A stretch of 64,000 nucleotides of DNA from contig CM075997.1 in assembly GCA_038087875.1 (NCBI GenBank), positions 3,226,001 through 3,290,000 of the forward strand. Reading direction: 5' to 3'. The notes under the pieces are model-generated. The model had not been told where the DNA came from. It did not search any database and worked only from the letters and a program-made list of their open reading frames with translations. Within the stretch, counting starts at the first letter, position 1. Each line of letters begins with the position of its first letter. Source of the stretch: Malacoraja senta (Eukaryota). This document shows positions 48,332-62,374 of the stretch, piece after piece. A program made the position numbers and the translations under genes.

Positions 48332-49614
48332 GAGCGATTACACACTTCTATGCATTTTGCCCATTGGGAGGGGGGAGAAGATGGAGTGGCTGGGGTCCTT
48401 GATTATGCTGCTGGCCTTAAGAGTCATCAAAGACGGCAGCTGGAGGTACGAAAAGGTACAGAACAAAGCAGAGACGGCTCCCATTGCCAAAGAGCCCACA
48501 ATGGTCCATTGTTGGCTGAGGAGATGTAAACGAAAGGTTAAGAACAGTGAAACTAGCACTGCTATATTGGAGAAAGTGCTTGGGTTCAGAGTAACAAGTC
48601 TGCAAGTTTAATTACACACGTTTACCATGAGTTTGCAAGCCCGGCTGAACAGGCAGCTTAAGACTTCAGCTCCAGCTCTATGCTCCTGGAAGCTGAGAAA
48701 GGTGGCGCAGCGGTAGAGTTGCTGCCTCACAGCGTCAGGGACCCGGGTTCGATCCCGACTACAGGTGCTGTCTATACGGAGTTTGCACGTTCTCCCCGTG
48801 ACCACATGGGTTTTCTCTGGGTGTTCCGGCTTCCTCCCACGCTCCAAAGACGTGCAGGTTTGTAGGTGGGAAGGAAATGCTGATGCTGGTTTAAACCAAA
48901 GATAGACCCAAAAAGCTGGAGTAACTCAGCGGGACAGGCAGCATCTTTGGAGAGAAGGAATGGATGACGTTTCGGGTCGAGACCCTTCTTCAGACGGAGA
49001 AAGGGAAATGAGAGGTTATTTGGCTTCGGTAAAATTGCCAATTGCCCCATGTGGGAGTGAGAGTGAGAGTGAGAGTGAGCGTGTGTGTGTGCGTGTGTGT
49101 GCGTGTACAGGAATCGCTGGTCGGCACGGATTCGGTGGGCCGAAGGGCCTGCTTCTGCTCTGTATCTCTAGTTAAAATATTAAAACCACAAAAGCCTTGC
49201 AATATTTCTCAACGTCGAGCAGACCGTCGCTGGTGGTGGCCAAGGCATAAACAGTGCGTGTGAAGCAAAGACTCCTCACATTCCCCTGCGCCAACTCCAG
49301 CGGATGCCACCCCATTGCCGGCGAGGCTGAGATGGCCAGAGAGGGTCGTGTGTGTGATTCACTCCTCTCCCTCCCCGACAGAATGGTTGGGCACAAAGCA
49401 CCAGTTCACATCAGCAGTCTCGGCTGCCCACTCCCAAATACTCAGCATTACTGGGCCTGGAGGATTACATGACAAACAGTGCCCACGGCCCGGCACCGAG
49501 CTGCCGACTCGCAACACAGAACAAGCCTGTTCCCCTCTCTACTGGCTGCAAGGCAGCGCCTGGTCCTTGGTTACAGTCACACCAAAGTGACGCACACATC
49601 AGTGCAGGTCCTTG

Positions 49615-50200
49615 AACACCTCCGCCACAGGGCCCTCTCCGCACCTCCGCCACAGGGCTCTCTCCGCACCTCCGCCACAGGGCCCTCCGCACCTCCACCA
49701 CAGGGCTCTCTCCGCACCTCCACCACAGGGCCCTCTCCGCACCTCCGCCACAGGGCCCTCTCTGCACCTCCGCCACAGGGCCCTCTCCGCACCTCCGCCA
49801 CAGGGCCCTCCGCACCTCCGCCACAGGGCTCTCTCCGCACCTCCGCCACAGGGCCCTCCGCACCTCCCCCAGGGCCCTCCGCACCTCCCCCAGGGCCCTC
49901 CGCACCTCCCCCAGGGCCCTCCGCACCTCCGCCACAGGGCCTTCCGCACCTCCGCCACAGGGCCCTCTCCGCACCTCCCCCAGGGACCCTCTCCGCACCT
50001 CCGCCTCAGGGCCCTCCACACCTCCGTCACAGGGCCCTGTACAACTCCGCCACAGGGCCCTGTACACCTCTGCCATAGGGCCCTGTACACCTCCGCCACA
50101 GGGCCCTCCACACACCCACCAAAGGACATAGTCCACCTCTGCCACAGGTCCCTCCCCATCTCTACCACAGAGTCCATGCATAACCACTACAGGCCCCTCC
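49615..50200. repeat. GC-rich 21-25-bp minisatellite (CCGCACCTCCGCCACAGGGCCCT[CT]), degenerating toward the right
   Basis: Direct reading. Confidence 0.95.
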
Positions 50201-50247
50201 ACATCTCCTCCACAAACTGTTGCACCACTCGAGCCAAGTCATGGATG

Positions 50248-50565
50248 GAACAGTGGCGCAGCTGGCAGAGCTGCCGCCTCACAGCGCCGGAGACCCGGGT
50301 TCGATCCTGACATCGGGCGCTGTCTGTGTGGAATTTGTACGTTCTCCCCGTGACCGCATGGGTTTCCTCCGGGTGCTTCAGTTTCCTCCCACATCCCAAA
50401 GGCATGTGGGTGTGTAGGTTAATTGGCCCTCTGTAAATTGCCCCCCTAGTGCGTAGGAAATGGATGAGAAAGTGAGATAAGAACTTGTGTGCACAGGGAG
50501 TTGATGGTCGGCATGGACTCAGTGGGCCAAAGGGCCTGTTTCCATGCTGTATCTCTCAACTAAAC
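50248..50565 (+). mobile_element. HE1-like SINE
   Basis: gtggcgcagctggcagag...gggttcgatcc...tgtatctctcaactaaa. Confidence 0.85.
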
Positions 50566-51769
50566 CAAATCAATTCAAGTTTATTGTCATATGCCCTGGT
50601 TATAGTGACGTAGCTTCATAGGAACTTAGACTCAGACAACACGCAAAAACTTAAATTACACTAAACAGTGAAAATAAAAAGAATGCAAAAACAAGACATT
50701 AGTGCATAAACACAATTAAGAAAACCAGTCTATGGTAGTGCAAGAGGTGTTATACAGAAGACATAAAATGCTGGAGTAACTCAGCGGGTGAGGCAGCATC
50801 TCTGGAGAGAAGGAATGGGCGGCGTTTCGGGTTGAGACCCAAGAAGGATCTCGACCCGAAACGTCGCCCATTCCTTCTCTCCAGAGATGCTGCCTCACCG
50901 GCTGAGTTACTCCAGCATTTTATGTCTACCTTCGATTTAAACCAGCATCTGCAGTTCTTTCCTACACAGGTGGTAAACAGTGTTCCATTGCCGAGGTAGG
51001 ATTAGGGTTGTGCAGGTTGCTTCAAGAACCTGATAGTTGTAGGAAAGTAGCTGCTCCAGAACCCGGTGGTGTGGGACTTCAGGCTTCTGTACCTACTGCC
51101 CGATGGTAGCAGCGAGAAGATGGTGGACATCCATGATGATAGATGCCATCTCATGTACATGCTATTAATGGTGGTGGGGGCTAGTCGCTTGATGGGCTGG
51201 GCTGAGTCCAGCACTGTCCGCAGACTCTTGTAGAGGCCATTTGGCCCACTGAGTCTATGCTGGCTCTCCCATCAATCCTATTCCTCAGGTACACAAAAAT
51301 GCTGGAGAAACTCAGCGGGTGCAGCAGCATCTATGGAGCGAAGGAAATAGGCAACGTTTCGGTTCGAAACCCTTCTTCAGACTAGAAGGGTTTCGGCCCG
51401 AAACGTTGCCTATTTCCTTCGCTCCATAGATGCTGCTGCACCCGCTGAGTTTCTCCAGCATTTTTGTGTACCTTCGATTTTCCAGCATCTGCAGTTCCTT
51501 CTTTAACAATCCTATTCCTCATCTATTTCCATGTAACCTATTCCTAACCCAGCCCCACCCCCAATTCCTCTGCCACACATCTACACTAGAGGCAAGGAAT
51601 AGGTGACGTTTTGGGTCAGAACCCTTTTTCAGACTCAAATGTTTCAACCCGAAATGTCACCTATTTCTTTTCTCCAGAGATGCTGCCTGACCCGCTGAGT
51701 TACTCCAACTTGTTGTGTCTATTTTCGGTGAAAATCAGCATCTGCAGTTCCTTCCTACAAAGGTTCACC

Positions 51770-52225
51770 AGGATCGGTGAGACCAAGCGTAGGCTTGGCG
51801 ATCGTTTCGCCGAACACCTCCTCTCGGTCCGCATTAACCAACCTGACCTCCCGGTGGCTCAGCACTTCAACTCCCCCTCCCATTCCGTATCCGACCTCTC
51901 TGTCCTGGGCCTCCTCCATGGCCAGAGTGAGCAACACCGGAAATTGGAGGAACAGCACCTCATATTCCGCTTGGGGAGTCTGCATCCTGGGGGCATGAAC
52001 ATTGAATTTTCCCAATTCCGTTAGCCCCTGCTGTCTCCTCCCCTTCTTAGCTCTCCCTCAGCCCTCGGGCTCCTCCTCCTTTTTCCTCTCTTCTCCCCGC
52101 CCCCCCCCCCCCCCACCCCCCATCATTCTGAAGAAGGGTTTTGGCCTGAAACGTTGCCTATTTCCTTCGCTCCATAGATGCAGCTGCACCCGCTGAGTTT
52201 CTCCAGCACTTTTGTCTACCTTCAC
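51770..52225 (+). mobile_element. Penelope-like element 3' end: GIY-YIG endonuclease C-terminal part plus terminal repeat
   Basis: IGETKRRLGDRFAEH...PVAQHFNSPSHS..DLSVLGL...RKLEEQHLIFRLGSLHPGGMNIEF*, followed by the ctgaagaaggg..gaaacg terminal motif. Confidence 0.88.
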
Positions 52226-52370
52226 CAGGATATTGCCTGGATCGAGGGTATAGGTATAAGGAGAGGCTGTAGGAGATTGGGTTGTTTTCTTTGGAGTATC
52301 GGAGGTTGAGGAATGGCCTGTTATAAGTATATACAATTATGTTAAATTAGACAGATAGGGTGAATAGTCA

Positions 52371-52683
52371 AGGGCCTGTCCCACTTACGCAACTTTTTCG
52401 GCGACTGCCAGCACCTGCCTTAGGTGCCGAAAATTTTCAACATGTTGAAAATTCGACGGCAACCAGAAAGACGCTACGACTCTTTGGGTGACTGAGAAGA
52501 CTACTCACGACCATACAGGCGACACCCTAGCGACATGTCGCGGGGTGAAGCCTGTACGGTCGTGAGTAGTCGCCCAAAGAGTCGTACCTTGTTCTGGCCG
52601 CCGCTGGATTTTCAACGTGTTGAAAATTTTCAGCAACCTGTAACGACCTATGACGAAAAAGTTGCGTAAGTGGGACAGGCCCT
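52371..52683. mobile_element. PIF/Harbinger-like MITE
   Basis: Perfect 30-bp TIRs AGGGCCTGTCCCACTTACGCAACTTTTTCG; 3-bp TSD TCA on both sides. Confidence 0.88.
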
Positions 52684-53476
52684 TCAGGCTTTTCCCAACA
52701 TGGAAGTGTCAAATACGAGATGCGTAGCTTTACGGTGAGGGACAGAAGGTTTGGAGGAGATCTACAAGAAAGGGGAAGTAGTAGGTGCCAGGAACATGCT
52801 GCCAGGAGAGGTAGTGGAAGCAGTAATCATCACAGGAAAATGGGGCCGAGAGGGAAAAATAGATCAGCCATGATTGAATGGCGGAGCAGAGTCGATGGGC
52901 CGAATGGTCAAATTCTTCTCCTTTGTCGGATGGCCATTTAGGTTTAGTTTATAATTATAGAGTATTACAGCATGGAAATAGGCCCTTCGGCCCAACTTGC
53001 CCATGCCGACCAACATGCCCCACCCACACTGGTCCCACCTGCCTGCGTTTTGGCCCATATCCCAGTAAGCCTATCCGTGTACCTGTCTGAATGTTTCTTA
53101 AACATTGCAATCGTAACTGCCTCAACGACACCCTCCAGCAGCCCGTGACATACACCCACCAGCCACCCTTTGTGTAAAAATAACCTTCAGACTCCCATCT
53201 CTATCTGGAGACATAATGGGGTGATGGAGGGCTGTGGACCACGGGCAGATGGGATTGATATAAATGGCCTTTATGGTCAGTGGGGACATCGAGTCTGGAG
53301 GGCAAGTCTCTACGTTGGCGTGTTCTAGGCTCTAAGTATATCTGGTGATCAAGCTTCACCAACCTCCTGGGGACAGAGAATTCCAGAAATTCACTGTGGA
53401 AAATTGGAAGGTCAAGCGTCAACAGTATTTGTTGGTCATAAGCACCACATATGAACCGGAAAAGTGAAATTCCTCC

Positions 53477-53805
53477 TTTAGTTTAGTTTAGTTGAGATAC
53501 AGCGCGGAAACAGGCCCTTCAGCCCGCCGGGCCCAAGCCGACCAGCGATCCCCGCACACTATTACACTATTCTACACCCACTTGGGACAATTTTTTTTTT
53601 TTACATTTACCAAGCCTATTAACCTACAAACCTGTACTGTAGGTCTTAGGAGTGCGGGAGGAATCCGAAGATCTCGGAGAAAACCAACACAGATCACGGG
53701 GAGAGCGTGCAAACTCCGCAAAGACAGCGCCCGTAGTCAGGATCGAACCCGGGACTCCGGCACTGCATTCGCTGTAAGGCAGCAACTCTACCGCTGCGCC
53801 ACCGT
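53477..53805 (-). mobile_element. HE1-like SINE
   Basis: Reverse complement of the consensus with (TTTAG)n tail. Confidence 0.85.
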
Positions 53806-54437
53806 GACCACAGTAGCTTTACAGCTACAGTAGAAGCAACTACAACAACAATACTCCCATTGTCATGTATCTGTACACTGTGGATAGCTCGATTAGTCTA
53901 GTTTAGAGATACAGCATGGAAGCAGGCCTTTCGGCCCAACGAGTCCTCGCCGACCAGCGATCCCCGTACACTAGTACTGTCCTACACGCACTAGGGACAA
54001 CTTACAGTTACACCCCTTCTTCACCACCGCCTATACCTGGACTCAGGGTTAGCTGAAGTGGAGCTCGGTCAGTCCCAGAATGACAATGGAGAGTGAAAAT
54101 ATTAATCGCTGGTCGGCATGGACAAGGGCTGAAGGGCCCGTTTCCACCCTGCATTGCTGAACTAAACTAAATAAAAGGAGTATGTGTAGGAAGGAACTGC
54201 AGATGCTGGTTTAAACCGAAGGTGGACACAGAAAGCTGGATTAATTCAACGGGACAAGCTGCATCTCTTGAGAGAAGGAATGGGTGACATTTCAGGGCGA
54301 GATCCTTCTTCAGACTCCATTTTCCAGCAAAGCCCCTCCAACGCGTGACAGAAATGAAACAACGCCGGCTGTTTCAGGAATAAACCACGCAATTTGCCAA
54401 ATAATGTTCGCCTGTGGAAGCACAACCTCCAGGCGCG

Positions 54438-55090
54438 GGATTTACAAGGATGTTGCCAGGACTCGAGGGTCTGAGCTATTGGGAGTGGTTGACTAGGCTG
54501 GGACTCTATTCCTTGGAGCGCAGGAGAATGAGGAGTGATCCTATAGATGTGTATAAAATCATGAGAGGAATAGATCGGGTAGATGCACAGAGTCCCTTGC
54601 CCAGAGTAGGTGAATCGAGGACCAGAGGACATAGGTTAAGGTGAAGGGGAAAAAGATTTCATCGTACTTTATTCTTTATATAAGGGCTTTATTCTTTGGA
54701 GCGCAGAAGGTTAAGGGGGGACTTGATAGAGGTCTTTAAAATGATGAGAGGGATAGACAGAGTTGACGTGGATAAGCTTTTCCCACTGAGAGTAGGGAAG
54801 ATTCAAACAAGGGGACATGACTTGAGAATTAAGGGACAGAAGTTTAGGGGTAACACGAGGGGGAACTTCTTTACTCAGAGAGTGGTAGCTGTGTGGAATG
54901 AGCTTCCAGTGAAGGTGGTGGAGGCAGGTTCGTTTTTATCATTTAAAAATAAATTGGATAGTTATATGGACGGGAAAGGAATGGAGGGTTATGGTCTGAG
55001 CGCAGGTAGATGGGACTAGGGGAGAATACGTGTTCGGCACGGACTAGAAGGGTCGAGATGGCCTGTTTCCGTGCTGTAATTGTTATATGG
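54438..55090 (+). mobile_element. Two adjacent CR1 LINE 3' fragments
   Basis: FTRMLPGLEGLSY...LYSLERRRMR, then ERRRLRGDLIEVFKMMRG...NFFTQRVVAVWNELP; the second is very similar to 5010-5460. Confidence 0.9.
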
Positions 55091-57379
55091 TTATATAGGT
55101 TGTAATTGTAGGTTAAATGGCTTCGATAAAAATTGTAAATTGTCCCTAGTGTGTAGGCTAAAGCTAATGTGCGGGGTGATCGCTGGACGGCATGGACTCG
55201 GTGGGCCGAAGGGCCTCTTTCCACGCTGTATCTCGAGGGCACTAAAGTAAAGAAGCTGTTTGAAGCCAGTAACAGGGCAATAGGTCTCCGAGTGAGGACA
55301 CAGTGGGAGAACTGACCCTTGCTTTATACCGGTTACAATTTCACTCTGCTGGCCTGTCCTTCTGCAATAAATATTATACTGTAAATACTAATTTGTAGCC
55401 TAAATACTTGAAACGTTTACAAGCTGTTTGGGCCGGTCTCACTCTCCCACTCGCAAACGGGAGGAATTTGATTCCTCTCTTGGTGCCAACCAGCCAAAAG
55501 AACGAATGTTATTCAATTTTCAGGGCTGTATTCGGAGAAAATATGTACTCATTTCCCACACGCAGCGTTGATAGCCCACACTCGCTCCTCGCTAAAGGTC
55601 GACCATTGTAATCGCGCAGCCCCTTGCCCCTGGACCTCAGTTGTAGTCTGCCACCAACATTCTTGTGCGCTGGAATGTGTTGTGGCCGAGGGTTGGAAAT
55701 GTCCTGCACAGAACCTCCGGCCGATAATCCCAGCAGCACACTGTAGCAAACCCTGGTGCAATCTCACCTGGAGCAGATGTGCAGTTACATGCACAGGTAG
55801 GGGTGGGAGATTGCAACCTTCACGTGGTCCGCCTGTTTCAACTAATGCAATCAACCCGACGTGCATAATCAAACAAGATCAAATAGAACAAGTTGACCTC
55901 AACTTTAGGCTGTGCGCGCCATACGCAAGAACAGGTACAGGTAGACTTGAGGTGCAGTCTCACCTGAACAATGGATATAGCCTCACCTGGACTAGACTAC
56001 TCATAGAGTCATAGCATGAAAACAGGCCCTTCCACCCAACTAGCCCACGCCGATCAACATGCCCCTTTTTGAACTAATATTTGGGTGTTTAGTTTATTGG
56101 ATTTTTTAAATGTTTATTATGTTATAGTCATGTTACAGCATAGAAACAGGCCCTTCGGCCCAACTAGCCCATGCTGACCAACATACCCCATCTACACTAG
56201 CCCCACCTGCCTGCGTTTGGCCCATATCCCTCTAAAGCTATCCTATCAATGTACCTGTCTAAATGTTTCTTAAACGTTGTGTTAGTACCTGTGGCAGCTT
56301 GTTTACATGTACACCTGTAGCTACAGGTAGAGATCAGGTACAGTCACGAAGATAGACACAAAGTGCTGGAGTAACTCAGCGAGTCGGGCAGCATCTCTGG
56401 AGAAAATGAGGTGACGTTTCAGGTCAGAACCCTTCTTCAGACTGAAAGTAGAGGGGAGGGGATCTGTCGCTAGACAAGGCCAGAACAAATTCAGGCCAGC
56501 AACAGATGACCAAGAAAGGGTGCGGCCACAATGGCCCATTGATGGCTGGGTAGAGGTGATATCAAAGGGGTACAAGGATGTGAACAGTGGAACTAGGAGG
56601 ATGACTATGGTGGGGGAGGGGGGGGGGGAGCTTTCTAGTGCAACCCTGGAGCTGGTCGGTCATTCCTGGACCTGTTCCAGCACACCTTTCCTGCACGCTC
56701 TCTTTCATATCCTTCCTCAAGTGTGGAGGCCAGAATTAGACCCAATGCTCCAGCTGTGAGTCAGCCTGTATTTTCCACTATTTCTCTGTTTTTATATTCC
56801 GTCTCTTTATGAATCCCAGCATCCTATATCCTCAGTAAATATTCCCTCAACATGTCCCTGCCCTGACCAGGATTAATCCACCGTGCAATCTGGCTTCTGT
56901 TCTTGCACGCCCTTTAGAACTGTGCCTTTTGCCCAAATACCCAATGATGACCTCCACAGTCATCTGTGGCCATGAATCCCACAGATTCACCACCCTCTGG
57001 TTTCACTATCGCAACGTGCAAGAAACATTTGGGCAATTACATGGATTGGACAGGTTTAGAGGGATATGGGCCAAACGTAGGCAGGTTAGACTAGTGTAGA
57101 TGGGACGTGTTGGTCAGTGTGGGCAAGTTGGGCCAGTTTCCACACTGTATGACTATGATTCCATGACTATAGAATTCCTCCTCATCGCCTTTCTAAAGGT
57201 AGGATGTTGGGGACACAAATGGCATGGCCTGATGAGTGAGTACCGGGAGAGTACCGACTAGTTTGCCTCCAGTGAATTTGGAAGATATTGTCTAGACTCC
57301 ATTAGTGGGATCACTCAGAGTCTGGATATACTTGCTGAAGGTAGTCCTGATCTCAGAAGCATATAAGAGGGCAGGAATA

Positions 57380-58060
57380 AGTTCATAAATTCTCGGAGCA
57401 GATTAAGCCCATCAAGTCTACTCCGCCAATCAATCATGACTGATCTATCCTACCCTCCAAACCCCATTCTCCTGCCTTCTCCCCATAACCCCTCTCACCC
57501 GTACTAATCAAGAACCTGTCAATCTCCGCCTAAAAATATCCATTGACTTGGCCCCCAGTCTTCTGTGGCAAATGAATTCCACAGATTCACCAACCTCCGA
57601 CTGAAGAAATTCCTCCTCATCTCCTTTCTAAAGGTACGTCCTTTAATTCTGAGGTTATGACCTCTGGTCAAGAGTCTCCCATGAGTGGAAACATCCTTTC
57701 CACAAACACTCTATCCAAGCCTTTCGCTATTCAGTCTCATCCTTCTAAACTCCAGCAGAGTACAGGCCCAGTGCCGTCAAAAGCTCATCGTACGTTAACC
57801 CACTCATTCCTGGGATCATCTTGTAAACCTCCTCTGGACCCTCTCCAGAGCCACCAGATCCTTCCTCAGATATGGGGCCCAAAACTGCTCACAATACTCC
57901 CAATGCGGTCTGACCAGCTCCTTATAGAGCCTCAGCATTACATCCCAGTTTTCGTATATTCTAGCCCTCTCTAACTAAATCCCAGCATTGCATTTGCCTT
58001 CCTCACCACTGATTCAAATTGCAAATTGATTTTTTGGAATCCTACACCAGAACTCCCAAG
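57380..58060 (-). mobile_element. CR1 LINE 3' fragment, degraded
   Basis: Reverse-complement similarity to the other CR1 3' ends in the window. Confidence 0.8.
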
Positions 58061-58574
58061 TCCCGGGAGGAAGAAGGAGATTGTTAGGCAGAAGCTATTC
58101 TTGAACCTGGTGGTCTAGATTTTCAGACTCCTAAATCCGTCTTCCCGAGAGCCGGAGTGAAATGGGAGTGTGTTCAGTCTGGTGTGGGTCTTTGATGATG
58201 CTGGCTGCCTTTTTTGAGGCAGCACCTCCTATATATCCCTTCGACGGTGGGGGAGGTCAGTATCCGTGATGGACCCGGCAGTGTTCACTATGTTTCGTAA
58301 TCTCCTTCGTGCCTGGGTGGTCAAGTTGCTGAGCCAGGCCGTGATGCAATGGGTTAATATGCTCTCTACTGTACACCTGCAGAAGGTCAAGAGTATTTGT
58401 CGACATACCGAGTCTCCTCAATCTTCTCGGGAAGTAGCTGCATGGATGGGTTCAATGATGAGTGGGATACAGGGGGGGGGGGGGGGGGTATAGAACACTG
58501 CCTCTCACATCTTCACATCGTCCAAAACAATGTAACACACAAATACATCCTGACCTCTCCATAGAAAACGCACC

Positions 58575-59076
58575 ATGCATATCTTTGAAGATCTCTCCTG
58601 GTCCGAGAACGCTGATGCAATTATAAAGAAAGCACATCAGCGCCTCTACTTCCTGAGAAGATTACGGAGAGTCGGTATGTCAGCGAGGACTCTTCTCGAA
58701 CGTCTACAGGTGCACAGTAGAGAGCATGCTGACCGGTTGCATCGTGGCTTGGTTCGGCAACTTGAGCGCCCTGGAGTGGAAAAGACTGCAAAAGTAGTAA
58801 CCACTGCCCAGTCATCATCGGCTCTGACCTCCCCACCATCGAGGGGATCTATCGCAGTCGCTGCCTCAAAAAGGCTGGCAGCATCATCAAGGACCCACAC
58901 CATCCTGGCCACTCACTCATCTCCCCGCTGCCTTCAGGTAGAAGGTAAAGGGAGCCTGAAATCTGCAACATCCAGGTTCAGGAATAGCTACTTCCCCACA
59001 GCCATCAGACTATTAAACTCAACTCAAACAAAACTCTGAACATTAATAGCCCATTGTACTTTATCTGTTTATTTGT

Positions 59077-59119
<43 letters not shown>

Positions 59120-59325
59120 TACCATTGAATATATATATATATATATATATATGATGAACAGATCAGTGTGTCCATATACCATGAATATATAAATATATAT
59201 ATATCAATGGTATATGGACACACTGATCTGTTCTGTATTCATGTCTACTATATTCCGTTGTGCTGATGCAAAGCAAGAATTTCATTGTCCTATCTGGGAC
59301 ACATGACAATAAACTCTCTTGAATC
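58575..59325 (+). mobile_element. Rex1/Babar-type LINE 3' fragment
   Basis: DLSWSENADAIIKKAHQRLYFLRRLR...SATSRFRNSYFPTAIRLLN; 3' end ...ggacacatgacaataaactctcttga. Confidence 0.85.
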
Positions 59326-62300
59326 TTGCTGCCGCACTGGCACTGATTAGACGCAAGTACATCGTTAATGACCGTTGCTGTGATACAGGTAGTCCAGAAA
59401 TGATTATCATTCTGATGCTGGGATTGAAGTATCCACTCTCACCATGATGAGCACACTGTATGAATATATTTTGTAATCTCCTTGGGTATTCGAGTTGCTG
59501 AGCCAGGCCGAGATGCAACCAGTCAATATGCTCTCTACTGTACACCTGTAGAAGTTCAAGGGAGCATTCGTCAACAAACTGAATCTCCTCAATCTCTTGA
59601 TGAAGTAGAGGCACATTATTTCTTGCACTAAACGTTATTCCCTTTATCATGCATCTGTACACCGTGGACGGCTTGATTGTATAGTCTTTCCATTGGCTGG
59701 TTAACACATAACAAAAGCTTTTCACTGTACCTCGGTTCACTTGACAATAAACTAAACTAAAGAAGGGTCTTAACCCGAAACGTCACCTATTCCTTATATC
59801 CAGAGATGCTTGTGTTTAAGAAGGAACTGCAGATGCTGGAAAATCGAAGGTAGACAAAAGTGCTGGAGAAAACTCAGCGGGTGCAGCAGCATCTGAGGAG
59901 CAAAGGAAATGGGCAACTATTTCCTTCGCTCCTCAGATGCTACTGCACCCGCTGAGTTTCACCAGCACTTTTGTCTACCATCCAGAGATGCTTTTCTGGA
60001 TATAAGCAGAGTTATATGCTGAGTTACCCAGGCATCTACACTAAATTTAAAAAAAATCGTACCATGACCAAGAGATTGGATCCATGCACGTCCCTTGGGT
60101 ACAGGTAAGACAGAGCTAGCAGTCTCTATGACATGGATACTATCGCACTGATACCAAACCCATTTACTAGCGTCTGGTCCGTGAACCTCGGCGATTCAAA
60201 TGTTCATCCAAATACCTCTTGGTTGTTGTGAGAATCTCTGCCTCCACCCTCTCAGGCTCCGGCGTTCCAGATTCCAGCTTCTCTCCGGATGTAAAAAATA
60301 CTCCCTCAAATTTCACAAATGGATAGGACAGGTCCAGAGGCATATGGGCCAAATGCAGGCAGGTGGGATTAGTGTAGATGGGACATGTTGATCGGTGTGA
60401 AGTTGCGCCGAAGGGCCCGTTTCTACGCTGTATGACTCTATAACCCCTTAAAAACAACTTACTATTTTACTGAAGAAGGGTCTCGACCCAAAACGTTGCC
60501 TATTTCCTTCGCTCCATAGATGCTGCTGCACCCGCTGAGTTTCTCCAGCATTTTTATCTACCTTACTTTTTTTTTTAAATACACTGCAAGTGCCAGGAAG
60601 CGAGCGGGCAAGATCATCTCTGACCCCTCTCGCCCTGGCCACAAACTCTTTGAATCACTTCCCTCTGGAAGGCGACTCCGGACTGTCAAAGCCGCCACAG
60701 CCAGACATAAAAACAGTTTTTATCCACGAGTAGTTGCTCTACTCAACAGCCAAAAATCTGTAGCCTCCCTTTGATCTGGTATTTTGTTGGTTCACATGCT
60801 TGATCAATGGTGTTTTATCATTAATGTTTTATTATTATTAATGTTTAGTGTTTTCTGAGTCATTCGTAACTGTCACTGTATGTCACTTGTGGGTGGAGCA
60901 CCAAGGCAAATTCCTTGTATGTGAATACTTGGCCAATAAACATTATGCACTCTGATTTTAAAAATCCCTAAAGTCTATCACCAGCCACACTGTCGAAGGA
61001 CGTGTTTCCATGAATCGAAGGCCATAATTTGGATCTAAAGAGAGCAGGGAAGATTTACGAGGATGTTGCATTGTCCTTGTTCAGGTCCCTGCTTTTCCAA
61101 GTGTAGATTAATCTGTAACAAAGACACCATCACACCGAGTAAGTAGGAAGGAAGTGCAGATGATACACAAAAAGCTGGAGTAGCTCAGCGGGACAGGCAG
61201 CATCTCTGGAGAGACCCGAAACGTCACCCATTCCTTCTCTCCAGAGATGCTGCCTGTCCCGCTGAGTTACTCCAACTTTTTGTGTCCATCTTCACTATCA
61301 CACTGACCCTTTCTGTGAGACACACACCACCACACTCTCACTGTGACACGGACACCACAATAGAGAGTCACTGTGACACAGAAACCACTGCAGGTGACAC
61401 AGGACCTACCTTACTAATTCTCATTGTGTAGTGGAAACTTTTCTGTTTCAGGCTGATTACCCTCATCCCACTTTGAAGGACCTTGTAAACTGAAATGTTA
61501 ACTTCCACTCCCCCTCCCTCCTTCCGCCCCTTTCTCTTCCCCCCCCCTCTCCCTCCCTCCCCTTCTCCACAGATGCAGCCAGACTTAAAGAATATTACCA
61601 GCATTTTCTGTCATTTCCACATGTCGAGCACGCCTGCCGATCGTTGCCTTTCACATGAGAGGCCAGGGAAATTGGGGGGGGGGGGGGGTTTCTTCTTTAG
61701 AAACAAGTTAAATAAAAGCGGGTTTCTGTTTTACAAATATTCAAAACAGATGAAATAAGAGATTGCAAGTAGACAAAAAAATGCTGGAGAAACACAGCGG
61801 GTGAGGCAGCATCTATGGAGAAAAGGAATAAGTGACCTCCTTTTCTCCATAGAATGCTGCCTCACCCGCTGAGTTTCTCCAGCATTTTTGTCTACCTTCG
61901 ATTGTTCCAGCATCTGCAGTTCCTTCTTAAACCTAACCATTGAGGGTCGGGTAGATTCCCGTGTTACAACGCTGTGGTTCCTTAGCCTGTATTCCGAGCC
62001 AATCTGCAATTAAATGAGCTCTGATTGACTTAATTGTGTCGATTGAAGGAAGTTTGTGGAGAAAGAACCTTGTTGGGAGAATTGGTCGGCAGATTCCGAG
62101 GATTCTCCGAATCCCGGGACTTTGAGTCGAGTCAGGAGTTTGGCGAACTCTTTCCACTACCCCCTCCCCCTTCCACCCACCCCCCGCACTCCCCATCCAC
62201 AGCAATTTCCCGAGGAGAGCAGGCGGAAGGAAAGGTGTGTGTGTGTGTGTCCTGACCTCTGTCAAGCGCGGAGACGGCACATCCTGCTCTTTGTGTTGGG

Positions 62301-62335
62301 CGCTCCACATACAAACTGCTGAGAGAGGGACTTAC

Positions 62336-62374
62336 TCCCCGCATCCTGCCCCTTGACCATCCCTCGCTGTCCAT
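62336..62374 (-). CDS. Candidate first coding exon of an extended periaxin (MDSEGWSRGRMRG)
   Basis: Kozak ACCATGG at 62374 and consensus donor GGA|gtaagt. Phase 0 is compatible with the 47944 exon. Lies in a non-repetitive island. Confidence 0.35.

Noticed and set aside
49465..50310. ORFs of 190-245 aa on both strands
   Set aside because: GC-rich minisatellite lacking stop codons
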